From Paraspadella gotoi (Eukaryota; Animalia; Chaetognatha), in assembly GCA_051294375.1 (NCBI GenBank), contig CM119265.1, positions 20,742,221-20,806,220 on the forward strand: 64,000 nt of DNA, given 5' to 3'. A program made the translations under genes and the position numbers. The first letter of the stretch is position 1, and every line of letters starts with the position of its first letter. The notes under the pieces are model-generated. The model saw nothing but the letters and a program-made list of their open reading frames with translations, had not been told where the DNA came from and did no database searches. This document shows, one piece after another, positions 1 to 14,144 of this stretch.

Positions 1-714
1 CCTCGTCACGAGTCAACTTCGAACGTGTTAACGGGGAGGGAAATCCCGCTTGTGACTTCGAGCGGCGGACGCGAAAGGCGAATACATTGAGGTAAATAAT
101 CACGAGCAAGATTTAAAAAGTTAAGAAAAGGTTATGACATGGTGAGATATCTTGAATTGAGTAATAAATGTGCGAAAAATAGTAAATTACTTACGACATT
201 GGAAAGTATTTGAAAAGAGTAAAGCGATGGAAAAAAGCGATTGAAAGATCAGAGAGAGCGATAGACATTAAAGTTGAAGAGCGATGAATGATTCGTTTGA
301 GAAGGTTTTTCTCATGAGGTTGAAATTACGATGGGTTTACGATACGCGCGTGCGAGGAGAGAGAGAGAGGAGGAGAGACAGGAAGGAGAGAGAGAGAGAG
401 AAGAGAGAGAGAAAGAAGAGAGAGAGAGAGAGAGAGAATGTATGCAGTGTAGGGGATAGTATGAAGGTAAGAAATTCAATAGAAGAAAAAAGCGTTTTTT
501 TCGAATATACAAAAAATACATAGAAAAGATTTATAGCGAAAAAGAAAGATTGAAAGAAATTACATATGGGAATTTGATCAAGGGTTAGAGTTATCTATCT
601 TTGATTGGAATAGAGAATCAGTAAATCATCTGAGTCAGAAGCAAAGGATCTAGATCCAAAATTTGGTTTTTTGGTATTTCTCTTTACGTTTGTCATTCTC
701 TCTCTCTCTTCTCT

Positions 715-770
<56 letters not shown>

Positions 771-1594
771 AGTGAATTATTTCCGTGGTCGTCAATTCGA
801 ACATCTTATATCTGAGTCATAACAACTTTTGCTTCCGAAAGATGATCAATAGCAAGTTTCGTTTTACCCCAGATTTTTTTCTCCGTCCGTGACGAAGTCA
901 CGAATGTCCAATCCAGGATTCATTCAATTCATAATGTAAATTTGGTTTTTAAGTCTGAGAATTTAACTCAGCTTTTTTCCTCTCACCTTTTCTCACCCTC
1001 GAAGCGACTCGGGAACTATGTGCTAAAATATACGACTTTACATGATTATTCAGACTTTTTATCATATATAAAGTTCGTCAGAGCAGCTGTCGGAAGATTC
1101 TTCACTTTTGACCGCGCCGAATCCGCTGGGATTTTCGCCGACCGGCTGTCGCCTGTCGGCCGTTCGGCTGTCAGCCCGAAATCTTCTGTCGGTTTTTCCG
1201 AAACGAATTTCTTGACGAAGTTTCGAATCGACATAATCCGATCTCTTTTGCCCCGATGAAAAAACATCATGGGAAATGCGGGCTTTTGTTCTGAACAGAG
1301 GGTGTTGAGTCCAGAGTCCAGAGTTGGAAAGAGAAATACAGATTTTGGCTTCTTTGATCAACGCGTATGTTTCCAATGGCATGTGAAACTTCACAATGAT
1401 CGACGGTTTAAGCTTGGTAAAGATTTTCCGAAGATTCTCTCTCTCTTCTTTCGTCACATTTCGCCTTTCTTTTAATACTACGTCCATTCTAATCTCTTTC
1501 CACTGCAAAACCTCATGATCTGTCTGCTTTAAGAACGGAGAGGAGGAGAGAGAGAGAAATAAGAAGAGGAGAGAGAAAGAGAGAAGAGAGAGAT

Positions 1595-1630
<36 letters not shown>

Positions 1631-1908
1631 GAGTGAGAGAGAGAAATGTGTATATAGACGAGCGTGCCCTTTTCAACTACGAATCAGATAACAAAACGAG
1701 TTTAAATACAAATAAAGATGTTGAAAAGATGGTATGTTGTAAATAAAAAATAGAAGCTTGCTTATTCTACATTCAGCGCGAACAAGCTATTCAAGATTTC
1801 CCTCACAATTCATGTATGAGTTTCAAAATCTCCATGCGTTTTTCCAAAAAAGGTTAAATTAATTTCCTCTTTCTCGCGGTTTCAAGTTCACGTCAGCGAC
1901 TAGACAGG

Positions 1909-1992
<84 letters not shown>

Positions 1993-2439
1993 GTCTGACC
2001 TAGTGCGCCTAAAACGTCTTTTACTGATTTTATGTCTTTTGACTTTTCGTCTCGTCATTGCGTCGTCTCCTGCCAAAACAAATCGAGATCTTAGATCCGT
2101 CGTAAACCGACGATCATTTTCGCCGAGCCGTTCCCGACTCGTAAACACTGGGTTCGATCTCCTGACGTACCAGGCTCGTTCCGCAGAGGTAAGATTCTCG
2201 ATCGCGTTTTATTCTTCCCCCCCTCCTAAAGTTTTCTCCTTAGGTTCCTTTCTGTTCCTCTTCTTATTTTCGCTTGTTGCCGCCGACGTCCGCGCCTGCC
2301 ACTAGAGAGGCGTGGGAAGTGCCCGTTCCAGCTGAGTGAAACATCTTTCGAACCTCTCGTTGTACATTCCAGTTTCATTGACTGATGGTTGTTGTGATCG
2401 GCCTGTGAAATGTGAGTCTGCCTTTAACGCGCGTTCTCT

Positions 2440-3201
2440 CGAGGTCGTCCGTTAAGAAGGCTTTGGCTTTATCGGTTGAATCTCGAAGATTAGATGTACT
2501 CCGCAGAGCAACTTAAAACTCACTTTTCGGTGCGTCTGTCGTCCTCAGCGGTTGATGTCTTTTCCATCGTCTCTCCCACTTACCGTTAAAAATGCGTATA
2601 ATTTGTCTATAGTTGGTTGCTCCATTTGTTAAAACAGAAAAACCTCAAATCTAAGGGACTCTAGCCGCCGCCTCAGGAAATTCCTAAAACTATAAAGGAC
2701 ATGTCATAAAATATATGGCTAAAGAAAAGTTATTGTACATCGTATTTCATGTCATGTTAGTCATCCATTTCACATAATTCATTGTCATGTCACGAATACA
2801 CGGGTTAATAAGGCAATCACTTTGACGGCCCGCAACACATTTGATACCGTTTACTCCAGTTCCCTCTTGTCTCTTAATTTACTTGTACGCTAAAATAATT
2901 TTAAATTAGATCTAATCGGCGATAGATGCGACTATGACAATGACGGACAAAAGACGTTCCGCCGCTCGCCGACGATTTAACACATCTTCTTTCCGAGCGA
3001 CCGTAACCCGAAGTTCAACGAGAACTACTTTTTCGGCCTTTTGTCCTGTCGGATGACTCGACAGATAAAAGACAGCAGACATCGACCTCAGACAATCAAC
3101 CTCAATATCGGGAAATTTTCGCTTGATATATTTCTAAGAGGAAAAATCTGTCTCCTGAATGAGAGAAGAGAAATGAGAGAGAGAGAGCAGAGAAGAAGAG
3201 A

Positions 3202-3233
<32 letters not shown>

Positions 3234-5320
3234 AGACGTTTGCCAGAGAAGAGATATTGACGACATTATGAAATAACAAAAAAAAAAAGTTTTTCTTCAT
3301 AGCCCAGGATGAAGCTGCTCAACCAGCCAAATTAATAGACTGAAGGACGACCTCGTTTAATTAACGATTATTTATCCGTTACAATTTTCAATATTAATAG
3401 TGTGTGAGCACACTTGTCCATAAGTCAAAAAAACAAACAAAAAACTAATGTGATAGCATAAGGATATCGTTTAAAACGAGGAATCATGCTATACTTTGCT
3501 TCCCTCCACTAATTAGTATAAATCTTCTTCATTTGCACCCAACTCGATTACAAAGAATATCTCTATCATTGGCCTACCGTAGATTATTATATGCTATTAT
3601 AGTATTTACCTTTTATGCTTCATTACCCTCTCCTCTTCGTCCTGCTTTGCCCTCTTTCGCCTGTTCGCTTCTCTGCCTATCCTTTTCTACAATTCATACT
3701 TCTATACTCTCTCCTTCATAATTTTCATCTCTCCTCCTTTACTCTTACATCCATATTTTCCTCTTCCGAGATCGGTGGCGTCCACCAGGCATTGTGACCT
3801 ATCGTAACCCGGCCGGATCAAAATCGTCGCTAGGTCGTCGTCGTCATTGCGTAAAGATTATCAATCAATAGAAGAATTCTTGAAATGTGCAACGGGTGAA
3901 TGAATGTGAGGACAGAAACAGGAGAGACGTATGATTAGTTCAAATAATAGTAAATAGCGATCCTCGCTAAGGGATGTAAAAGTCATTTTGATTTTCGAGA
4001 CTCAGAGTACACACGTTTGCTTAATGCTTTTTTTTTTTTATTATTTCTTGTATTAACTTTTCTAAGCATTCCTTTAACGTTCCTACCTTCTTACAAAAGC
4101 AATCATATCAAATGTAATAATCAAGCCGAAAAAAAGTTTGGAAAATTGAGTATATGTATAGTGGTAATTATCCGTATCTTTGAACTGTTGGGTTATCCTG
4201 GAACGCATAGGACACGCTCAATATTAAATCTACTAGCGGGGATCAAAGAATCAAAAGTTTTTTTTAGCTTGAGCATTCACGAGCATGCTAGCAGCTATGG
4301 AATTTTCGCCATACAAAAACAAAACAAACAAAAAATCCCAACAAGCTACATAAACTTTTGATAACCCGTCATAATTCTCATGAACAATATGAGTACAAAA
4401 CAATTTTTTTTTAGAAAATAACTTTACAAACCCCAGAAAGTTTTTTTTTCTAACCGAACTAGAGGTTCGCTTTCCATTCCTTACTCTCGCAAATTCCCCC
4501 GCCGCCTTACCTCCTTTCAGCTCACTCTCAGTTTCCGATCCCCGAACGAGAGAGAGAGAGAGAAGAGAGTGAGAGCAGACGAGAGAGAGAGAATGAAGAA
4601 GAGAATCGAATCGGACAACCTTTGTTTTGTTTTCTCTTCTTCTTTTGTACCGCCTAAAATCTCTAGACAGTCTGAGGTGACAGAGACGATTTCAATTGCA
4701 AACTTGTATAGGTATTTCTTTGATTTTTTTTTTTTTATCAACATTGGCGTCAAAATCAGAACATATCGAAAAACACAGAAGTACCTACTAATTGAAGTAC
4801 TTAAATGACGAGACCTTAATGAATATAAGAGGGACTATTCTTGACTACAATAATTTAACATAATAACAAGAACCGGTAATTCTAATGTGTGTATTGTCGC
4901 GCTGCAGTTGACTTCTTACTTTTTACGTGAATTATTCTCATTTGATTACATGTATTAACATGACATGAACAGTGCTCTAAGAAAGACTTTTTTAAGCCCT
5001 CTGTGAATTGTTATGACATGCACTGCACAAAATTCCATTTTTCTCTCCTTATTGTTTTAGAATTCCTCGAAGGCGGCGCTAGCAGGATTCTGCTTAGATC
5101 CCTTGAGTGTGCTTTTTTCTGTCTTAACATAATGAGCAACCTAACTACTAGCAGCAATTATTAATATGTACTTTTAGGATGTAATGTGGAGCACATGGAC
5201 GACGAAGGCCAGACGATAGGACCCGACCGAAAAGTGACTGATAGAATTGCTCCGCGAATACTCGCGGCGTAACTAAAGAAGATAAAGAAGTCTTTAAAAG
5301 ACGCCTCTCGCGGAGAAAAA
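2440..5320. repeat. Long, highly degenerate inverted repeat (arms ~2440-3100 and ~4660-5320)
   Basis: Reverse complement of 2645-2700 (ttttaggaatttcctgaggcggcggctagagtcccttagat) matches ~5055-5100. Further collinear anchors taacatgacatgaa, ttatgacat, gagcaacc, accgaaaagtga and acctcagac all imply a centre near 3880. Boundaries approximate. Confidence 0.6.
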
Positions 5321-6519
5321 ATAGTGAACAAAGCATTGTTCTCTGTCTAATCTCGTTTCTTTTTCTCTTCTACTATATTTCTTTCTTTATTAATTTTGAA
5401 ATAATTTGAAATCATTTCATTGTTATTTTTCGCTACGAGACAATTATTTGACCCATGTTAACAACGAGGCGTAAAGCGGCGCAATCCATTTCCTTTCCTT
5501 AGTTCCCCCCCTTTTTTTCACCTGACTACCATTTTGTTTGAGCATTTTTTCCCTTTTTTCTCTCTTTTTTTCTCCCTTCCTAGTCGCCCACCCCGTTTCT
5601 TACCCCTCTCTCTCTACCACCCCTTCCATCTCCCTCGCAGTCTCACCGTCTCTCCCCTCAGATCTGCTTTCGCATGCGTTATCCTCACAAATCCTTTCCT
5701 CTTCTCCTGTTTGTTCTCTAAATTTTCTTTCTGGCGAAATTCGGGTCCACCGTCGCTGAAAAAAAAAAATAGAAAATCGCGCTTTCGAGTCTCTTTACTC
5801 GGCCTTATAATCTCTTGTCTCCTTCTGCTTCTTCTAATTTTTTTTCATTTCTCCTTCTCTCTTTTAGTTTTTCTCCTTCTCGCTACTTATTAATCCTCAC
5901 GCTTCCTTACCGTTTGTGTTTTTTTTAATTTAGTAACGTTTTACTTTTCTTTCTTCGTTCTCTTCTATTTTTTCCGTCTCTTCTCTTCCGCCTCATATGT
6001 CTCCCTCTCCTGCTTTGTTCTCTCTCCTCCTTATTTGGTCGTCTCCTTCCCGCGGCGCATATCGACTTCTGTTTACCGGCTGCATTCGAGTCTTTATAAC
6101 TTCCACAGAGCGAGAGAGGAGATGGCGCGAGTGGACTCGTGTCACGACGGACATGAGAAATGAAATTCGGGATTGGATCAACTCGTGTTTGTTGCGGTTT
6201 GTGAGGCCGGTCGAATTACTCTAGGTCAGGTCGTAGCGACCGAGAGGCAAAAGCCCTCACCACGAAAAATTCACGACGTGTCGTTCTACAGTAAGGGCAC
6301 GCTCTTGGGCAGGGGCTAAACAATTTGCAAAAGACTCAGTTTATATTATCCTTAGTTCTTTATTTCACAATAACATTTTAATCTCTGAAAGACATCCTGG
6401 AAACATTCGTAAGGAAGAATGATAACATCTGTTAAATGAACTGTTAAATCACTAGCTAACTTTTAAATTTTAACTGTTAAACTAGAATAAGTGTTAAAGT
6501 ACATACATTTGTATTGTTA

Positions 6520-7260
6520 TACATATTCAGTAATTTTCGCCTCAGATAAGAGTCTCATAATTGTTCATTAAAATTACATGTATATTAGCGGCGTAGTCAA
6601 AAATTACCTAATTAACCTTATTAATTAAATATCTATAAAGTGAGACGCAAACACACATTAGACTTATGACAATTTAATGTTAAAAATAAAGTTATATATA
6701 AATTTTCCAATTTTACGCAGTAGGCCCATAATTATAGCTAGTACTGTAAACCCAATAAATGTTGAAGATTTCAAAACAGTTTTATGTCTAAGATTTTTTG
6801 CAGATTGATTCGTTCATAGAAAAAAGTTGATAAAAGAGAAATATAACTCTTTTTGAAAATTCTTCATTAAGTGGGGTCAAATAATTAAAAAAGCATTATT
6901 TTAAACTGAAATTTAACTTTTTATAATTAAATATAGTTTTTGAATTTATAACCTACTTAATGAACAGAATTTTTATAAAAATGAATTATTCATTTTCTTT
7001 TTCAACTTTTGACGAGGATTCAAATCTGCGAATCAATTAAAAAAAGCCTAGATATTTTGAACTTTCGATTTAATAGGATAGTTACTTATATAAATATTAG
7101 CCTACGCGAAAACCAAAAACATAAATTAACTTTTTTTACAAATAATGTTCACTTGATGTGTATTGTTGTTCATAATTGACTTTTAGAATTTTAGTATGTT
7201 TAAGCTTATCGCACTACGCCTTCAATGTTTAATTGTATACTGAAGTATAACCTCTGTCAT
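6520..7260. repeat. Degenerate AT-rich palindrome centred ~6915
   Basis: aaaagttgataaaagagaaa...cttcattaagtgggg (6822-6876) is the reverse complement of acctacttaatgaac...tttcaactttt (6951-7010). Outer anchors: attgattcg/cgaatcaat, gtaggc/gcctac, ggcgtagt/actacgcc. Confidence 0.65.
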
Positions 7261-7567
7261 ATTTAATCTATTAAATAAATTCGTTCTCTCTCCTCTCTCT
7301 CTACTCTCTCTCTCTCATCTTCTCCTTCTCGTTCTCTCTCTCTCAATTGTTCTCAGTTGAATTTCCGAAAACACCTCGTCCAAGTGGGAGGTTGGTTCTT
7401 CAAGTTTTGCATTTGCTAAGCCCGCCCCAGCGAAAGCGGAGCAAACCAGAAGATGGTTTTTTCTGTGGTAATAAAAAGGGAAAAAAAAACATGAACTATT
7501 TTTTTACAAAAATTTCCAACACGAACGACACAGATTCAGAGCAAGCCTAACATGCAAGAGAGCGATC

Positions 7568-7611
<44 letters not shown>

Positions 7612-8023
7612 TAGAGCATGAGAGAGAAAGAGAGAGTCAAATGAGATTAAAAAATTTTACAATTCTTTGGGGGCCTGAAAATTGTTCTTTGAATTTGAGA
7701 TAATGCAAAACGCAATGTTATAAATTTAAATAAATTCGGCCAGAGTCTCTCTTTCAGTTGATTACGCATTTCCGATTTTTTCTTCGATTCTTTGTCACTC
7801 AATCTCTCTCACTCTATCTTTTTTTTTTCCTGCCTCTTTTTCTTTCTCCTTGTCTTTGTTCTCAACCTCCTCCCTCCCCCACACCTAAGAAAAGAACCGC
7901 CCTCCATTCTTTCTTTTTCTCTCTCCCTCTCTCTCTCTCTTTTTTTTTCTTGTTGCAAGATTTGTACAAATTTTAGTAAAATTCTCTATGGTATAATCAT
8001 TTTTTTCGTTGTGTCATAGAGAT

Positions 8024-8098
8024 TACAAAGAATTTAATATAGGTTTATTAACGAAAAATAAAATCGTTGTTAATAAAACCTATATTAAATTCTTTGTA
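8024..8098. repeat. Hairpin with ~28-bp near-perfect arms
   Basis: tacaaagaatttaatataggtttattaac ... gttaataaaacctatattaaattctttgta. Confidence 0.8.
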
Positions 8099-8735
8099 GT
8101 AAAATTCTCTGTAGGTTCTACGTTATATTTTAAACTGTAGGCTTAAAATCTGTCAAGGATGAAAACCGATGTGATGAAACAACAATGTTCTCAATGATGA
8201 TAAGGCAACAAGCTCCTTGCATTTCTACATTGGTTTATTTGCCTATCAAGCGTCACCAAGCAATCAAAGATTTAATTTTTTAAGAATAGATGAATTCGCG
8301 TATATTTTTTTCAAAATCATTCCTTTTTGTTAAAAAGTAAAAATATATATATTTACATACTGCATATTTGTCTTTCGAAGTGATAAGTTGAACATGAAAA
8401 TACTTACAAATAGAGTGAGGGCGTTTTGGGGATATTTGCTGTAATTTTTTTTTTTTTTTAAATCTGTGTTTTTTCCCGATATTCCTCTCTTACTCTCTCT
8501 TTTTTGTATTTATATAATTTTTCTTAATTTCTCTTCTTTTAGTTCTTATCCTCTACTATTCTTTTTTTTTTATTCTTCTCTCCCTCCGTCTCTCTGTATC
8601 ATTTTCTCTTTCTCTCTCCTTCGCCCCTTGTCTCTCCCCCATCCCTCTTTATCTCTCTCTTCGCCGGCTTTCCAATTACCGGTAAAACTCTTTCCATATC
8701 ACGTTCCTTCCAAAACCGAGCCGGGGGGAAACGGA

Positions 8736-8777
<42 letters not shown>

Positions 8778-9220
8778 ATCCTCTTCACAAAGACTCGTTT
8801 CTCTTTTTTCTTTCAGTTTTTGCCGAATTTCTAGACAAAAAAATTGGCTAGACCCTCTTCAAAGATGTTTAAAAAGAAAACAAACAGATGAGATGGAATT
8901 TTTCTTATTTTTCTTTTTTTTTTTGTGTGTTAAAAATTTTGTTTCACACTTTATTCCCGTTGAGCGAGAGAACTGGCGAAGCGAAAGGGGTTTGAGATGT
9001 AGGGAAATCAAAAGGGGGGGCTGTTCGTGATGGAAAGATCCACAACTCGCGGGGAAATCGAGGAAAAATATGCAAAGATCCGGAAAGATTCGAAATTATT
9101 TGAAAAAACGGGGAGAGATGGAGATAATATATTCCAATTATAGACAATAGACAGTGTCAGTGTAATCGGCAGCTGAACATATGGAGCGTTGAATAAATAC
9201 AGCTTTTTTGAACTAAGTAA

Positions 9221-9310
9221 ATACCTATTATCTAACTTTGGTCTACCTAAGTTTTTATCANNNNNNNNNNATACCTATTATCTAACCTTGATCTACCTAA
9301 GTTTTTATCT
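9221..9310. other. Assembly gap (N 9261-9270) flanked by a duplicated ~39-bp overlap
   Basis: atacctattatctaac(t/c)ttg(g/a)tctacctaagtttttatc occurs on both sides of the gap. Confidence 0.85.
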
Positions 9311-9378
9311 TGTCAAGGGATGACGGCCTTGACCCACGATACCCGAAATCATAAGCAAGTTTGTTTATAAATTAATGA

Positions 9379-9662
9379 NNNNNNNNNNNNNNNNNNNNNN
9401 NNNNNNNNNNNNNNNNNNNNNNNNNNNNNNNNNNNNNNNNNNNNNNNNNNNNNNNNNNNNNNNNNNNNNNNNNNNNNNNNNNNNNNNNNNNNNNNNNNNN
9501 NNNNNNNNNNNNNNNNNNNNNNNNNNNNNNNNNNNNNNNNNNNNNNNNNNNNNNNNNNNNNNNNNNNNNNNNNNNNNNNNNNNNNNNNNNNNNNNNNNNN
9601 NNNNNNNNNNNNNNNNNNNNNNNNNNNNNNNNNNNNNNNNNNNNNNNNNNNNNNNNNNNNNN
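9379..9662. other. Assembly gap (284 N)
   Basis: Run of N. Confidence 1.
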
Positions 9663-9963
9663 CTCAACGTGAATTACATGTAGTCTTAAACGATTTTAAT
9701 TTACGCTAAATGATTTAAAAATTAAAATGCTTGTTTTTTTGTTTTTTTTTATCTTTTTTTTAATCACGAGTTTTTCCCGATGAAGTCGCGCCAAGGTGGC
9801 AAATAAATTCTTGAAGGTCACCCCAAAGGAAACGCCGATGCTGATCGAGGAATATTTTCTCTCGAAAAGTCGACGATTCCACGAACGTAGAAAAGTCATT
9901 TCCAAACTTCCCCCAATTTAGAATCGACGCCGAAGAGATTTTTTTTTTCCGGAAGTGATTAAT

Positions 9964-10960
9964 GATTATATTAATGATTTATTGATTATTATCACTCATG
10001 TCCATCAATATTACGATTTTCGATGCATGAAATCGTGACATTTTTATATCCCAAACGCTTATATCCTCTTTTCTCCGCTATCCAAATGATGGAAAACACC
10101 ATTTATCTCACTGTGTATATAATTTACTTTACTAGAGAAGCAACGAGTGTAGTATTTATAGTTGGTGTCACTCGATACTCTCTCGGATATTTGATATCCA
10201 AAAATCTCTCCCCTACAGTTTCACTTTAATCGCAGGAAGTCTATTAATTATTATCTTTTGATAGGTTTTCTAGAAATCTGAGAAAAATAATAAGAACTTC
10301 CTGGGATTTTTCGTCGGACAATATCATTGTGTCCAGGTGATGAAAGATGTAGTCAATTTTGTGTCTCCCTCCCTTCTATCTATCCGACAATACCCTCATT
10401 CTACAAACATTACAAGACGCTTAGAGTTCTCGTTATAAAATGAGACGCGCATCTCTCATGGCTCCAAAAATACATATCCAGTGTTGAATCTCCCATACCC
10501 ATTTACGTCTCTCGATCCCATTCGCCAAGATTCCACTTTTGTCTTTCACCTGTAAGCATAATGTGACAAGACTTTATTTCGCATTTTATAGGGTCGATGT
10601 TGTTTAACTTTCCAGTCATTAGGTGCGTTCACTTAGTCTGTAATAATACGTTCGGCTCAGTTGCAGTATTGGAGATGGATATCCATTATCAACAAAATCT
10701 TCAGTTCAGAAAATTCTTCTTCCATATGCGTCTTCCTGCGAGGATGAGGCCAAGAAAAAGATTGCGGGAACGTTGCAAACATCGCCCGCACCGAGCTTTT
10801 GGTCATTTTTTGGTTATGATTTTTTTCTTCGGTAGGTCTCTTGACCTCCGGCGACAAGGTGGCTATTCATCCGAATGAGGTGCCAATCTCCACACTAGCG
10901 CTCGTCAATCTCGTTAGGATGCGTACATACAACGACCTTCACATAATGTTTTTTACCATC
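9964..10960. repeat. Diverged direct-repeat copy 1 (copy 2 at 15641-16380)
   Basis: tcactcatgtccatcaatattacgattttcgatgcatgaaatcgtgaca is shared near-identically, followed by collinear indel-rich similarity (cgctatccaaat, aaatctctccc, aacttcctgggattttt, ttcgcc(c)aaagattcca, ctttatttcgc). Confidence 0.75.
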
Positions 10961-13900
10961 TGTTAATAAGGCAAATTATTTGTTGAAAATAGTTGGAAAA
11001 AGATACGCAGATATACACGAATGAGTATCACTCTCAGGACTACTCACCCGACCAAAGAAGAAATGCGTAGATGTAATCCTCGCCGTACAAAGAGACCACG
11101 CAAAATAATTAAGAAATCATTAAGACGTATATAAAGTAGATATAACACAGTACATAATAATTCTGAACAACTATATGACTATAACTAACCATGACCTTTA
11201 TATATCTTCTTGCTTCGAAATGGGAGGCTAGTAAATGAAATCTAAAAAAAAATATTCCTTCATTAAGTCAGTTCACATTGAAACCCTTTCCAATGGGGGC
11301 TATACGAGAAATATTTCTTAATTTAAATGGATGAGTAAATAATAAGAATTAAATTCCTTGCTATATTTTAAAAAAATTATCAATACAATTTAACCACAAT
11401 TGATGCTTTTGCTTGTCAAATATGTGGGTTACCAGCTATATAATTTTTTTAATAACTTTGTATTTATGATAAAACAAGCAGTGTGTTGTCAAGCCGTTTC
11501 GCAAGCTTTTTAGTTTTGCGTTATAAGATAATGAAAATGACGATTTTTTTTTCACAGGACAAGAAGGTAGATGTCCCAGGACTGTTTATATCATCTGAAA
11601 AACAATTTTTTTGTATTTATCATTTTTAACCCATATTTAAAAATACATTTATCAAGCTACAACATAATAATTTTTGCTTGTTTTTACTTTAACTTGAAAA
11701 AAATATTAAGGCATTTTTATGGAATCAAAAAATTAATAATAAACAAAAATGTAATTCATTCTTTCCTTTTTCAATACAAAAGAAAAAGAAAAAAATCATA
11801 TGCCTTCATTGAAATTTTTTATTTAAAGCAAAAAAACTGTTATACTTTTACTCTGATATTTAAATCCCAAATAGCTGTCGCTAAAGGATTTAGCGGATTT
11901 TTTAATTTTAATTAAAACTTCTTTTTAGAAAGTGGTGGTCCATGGATTAGGGCTTTAATTTTTTGATACCACATCCACCTTGCTACCTCTTTTCTTTTCC
12001 AAAAGTTATTTAAAAAAAAATAACTTTTTTTAAATTACACAGTACAAATCTTTTGTTAAAATTTTAAAAATTTCGACAAACCGGGGCGTGAGTAACTCAT
12101 TTATTTCTGTTCGGTACAATATTTTTAAAATTTAAAATAAAACTGAATAAAAATTTTTTTGTCATTTTAGAGACTATATCACTTTCAGATCGTACCCATC
12201 GTATAATAAATTTATTATTTATTTCCCCCAAAAAAAAGTCTAATATTAAAAATAAAGTTAAAATTTCTTCAAAAATTATTTGGAAAAAAAATTTCATACC
12301 GAACTATGGCTACATTGAGAGATTAATGGTTTTGCATAGAAAATCAAAATATTTAAAAAAAAATAAAAAAAATTCAGCCTTTAGAAAACAAAAGGGCTAG
12401 AGCCTGATTTTTTTAGAATTGCAAAATTTTTTCCGACTCATTAAATCCTAATTATTCTCCAAGTTTTCAAAATATTTTTTTCCAAATCATTCAATCAATT
12501 TTTTTTTTATTAATTAAAATGTTATGATGTTGTTTTTTGTTTGAAAGAATTTGAAAAAAAGGGAAAAAATATAGTAATTATATTTTTTAAAGTTTTTTCT
12601 GAAAATACCTTTTAAATAAAATATTAAAATAATTAGACACAAGGGAGTTAAGCAAGAGGGAAAACTTCCCATTCATCATAAAGAGAATTTTAAAGAGTAG
12701 AAAATTGGAAAATGAATTTGTCATATTGTTATTTTAGATATTTAATTGACCTAATTAACAAAACAAATGATCATTAATAAATTAGGAAATGATGGTATAA
12801 AAAATATATCATCTTGGTCTCAGGGGTTAACTATTAGTTATCGTCGTAAAGTTTGTTTTAATAATATTAATATTTTTTTCTTGCCCATTTTTATAAAAGC
12901 AATGGTCTTAAATTTTGTTAAGCGGTTCTCGAAGCTATATTGCTCATCTTTTTTACTATTTTTATCTAGTTTTAGCTGCTTTTTTGTGGATTGGTCAAGG
13001 GTCTATTGGTCAGATACCATAATGTCCAGTAGTGTATATCGCACATATTACCAAAAGTAATGATCAGATCAATTAATTTGGCCCTCAGGGAAAACAATTT
13101 TAAAGGTACAAAAATCAGGGCACGAGACGGGTGTTTTCGCCACGTTATTTTTCATTGTGTCTACGTGTATTTCTAATTTTCTAAAAGCTTTATTTTCTTG
13201 TTAAAAACGAATTTTAAAACAATTATCGTCAAAAACTAAAAAAAAGTTCCGGGATTCGAAAAAATCCGAAATTCGAAATTTCAATTCGAAACACCGCGGC
13301 GTTGTAATTTTTCCTTTTTAAAGTTTTTCCCGATATTTATTTATTTATTTATTCATTTCGGTGTATGTTTTATTGCGTAATACTAAAACCCCCCTCACCT
13401 TTTTCAGCCCTCACCCGGGAATAGTGTTCAGCCTTATTCCCTTTTTTTTTTCCCCTTTTTATTTCCATTTCTCCAGTTTTGCTCGTATGACTCCAGCTTC
13501 CTCCTTTCCGTTAAAATTAAACACGCCGACCCCTCAAGAACCAAAAAGAAAACCCTTCCCTCTTACCCCCGCATAGGACAAATAAACCATCCCTGCTCCC
13601 ACCTTCGCGAAATACTTAGTACCCCTTTTCTCCCGACCTCACTAAACTTTCCCCAACTCAGTTCAATTAGGCCGAAAAAGTGCTACAGTTGGGGTTTTTT
13701 TCCGCCCGGTGACTTCTCGAGGTTTTTTTGGGGAGGAGAAAGAATAAAAAAATGGGGGAGGAGGGAAGAAAAGTCGTTGTTGTTGTCTCGTTTGTCCGTT
13801 CGTTGTTGTCGTTGTTGTCGTATTCGATGTTGTGCCGTTTAGTTTTCTGCGGTTGGTTTTTAAATCCCGGTTTCCGTAGAGGGGGTCTGTTGCCGTTTGC

Positions 13901-14144
13901 ATTGTATAGTTTCTATAATTTGGTGGACGAAATAAATTTACGAAAAAGAGCGAAATTGCTTGAAAAGATTGTTTTTAAAATTGTAAAAAAAAAAAAAAAT
14001 ATGGAATTTTTCCATGTAAAAAAGAAAAGAAAAACCGGTTTGAACTGTTATTGCTATAAAGTTAATTAGTTCAAAATTCGGAAAAATTATGAACAAATAT
14101 TATAACTATATGTTTCGGTAGAGTCATCACATGCACTCGTTTTT

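Noticed and set aside
284-8834. Many 60-200-aa ORFs rich in RE/SL/F runs
   Set aside because: Translations of (GA)n/(CT)n and T-rich tracts; no splice-consistent gene model.
9365-9683. ORFs of X residues
   Set aside because: Assembly gap.
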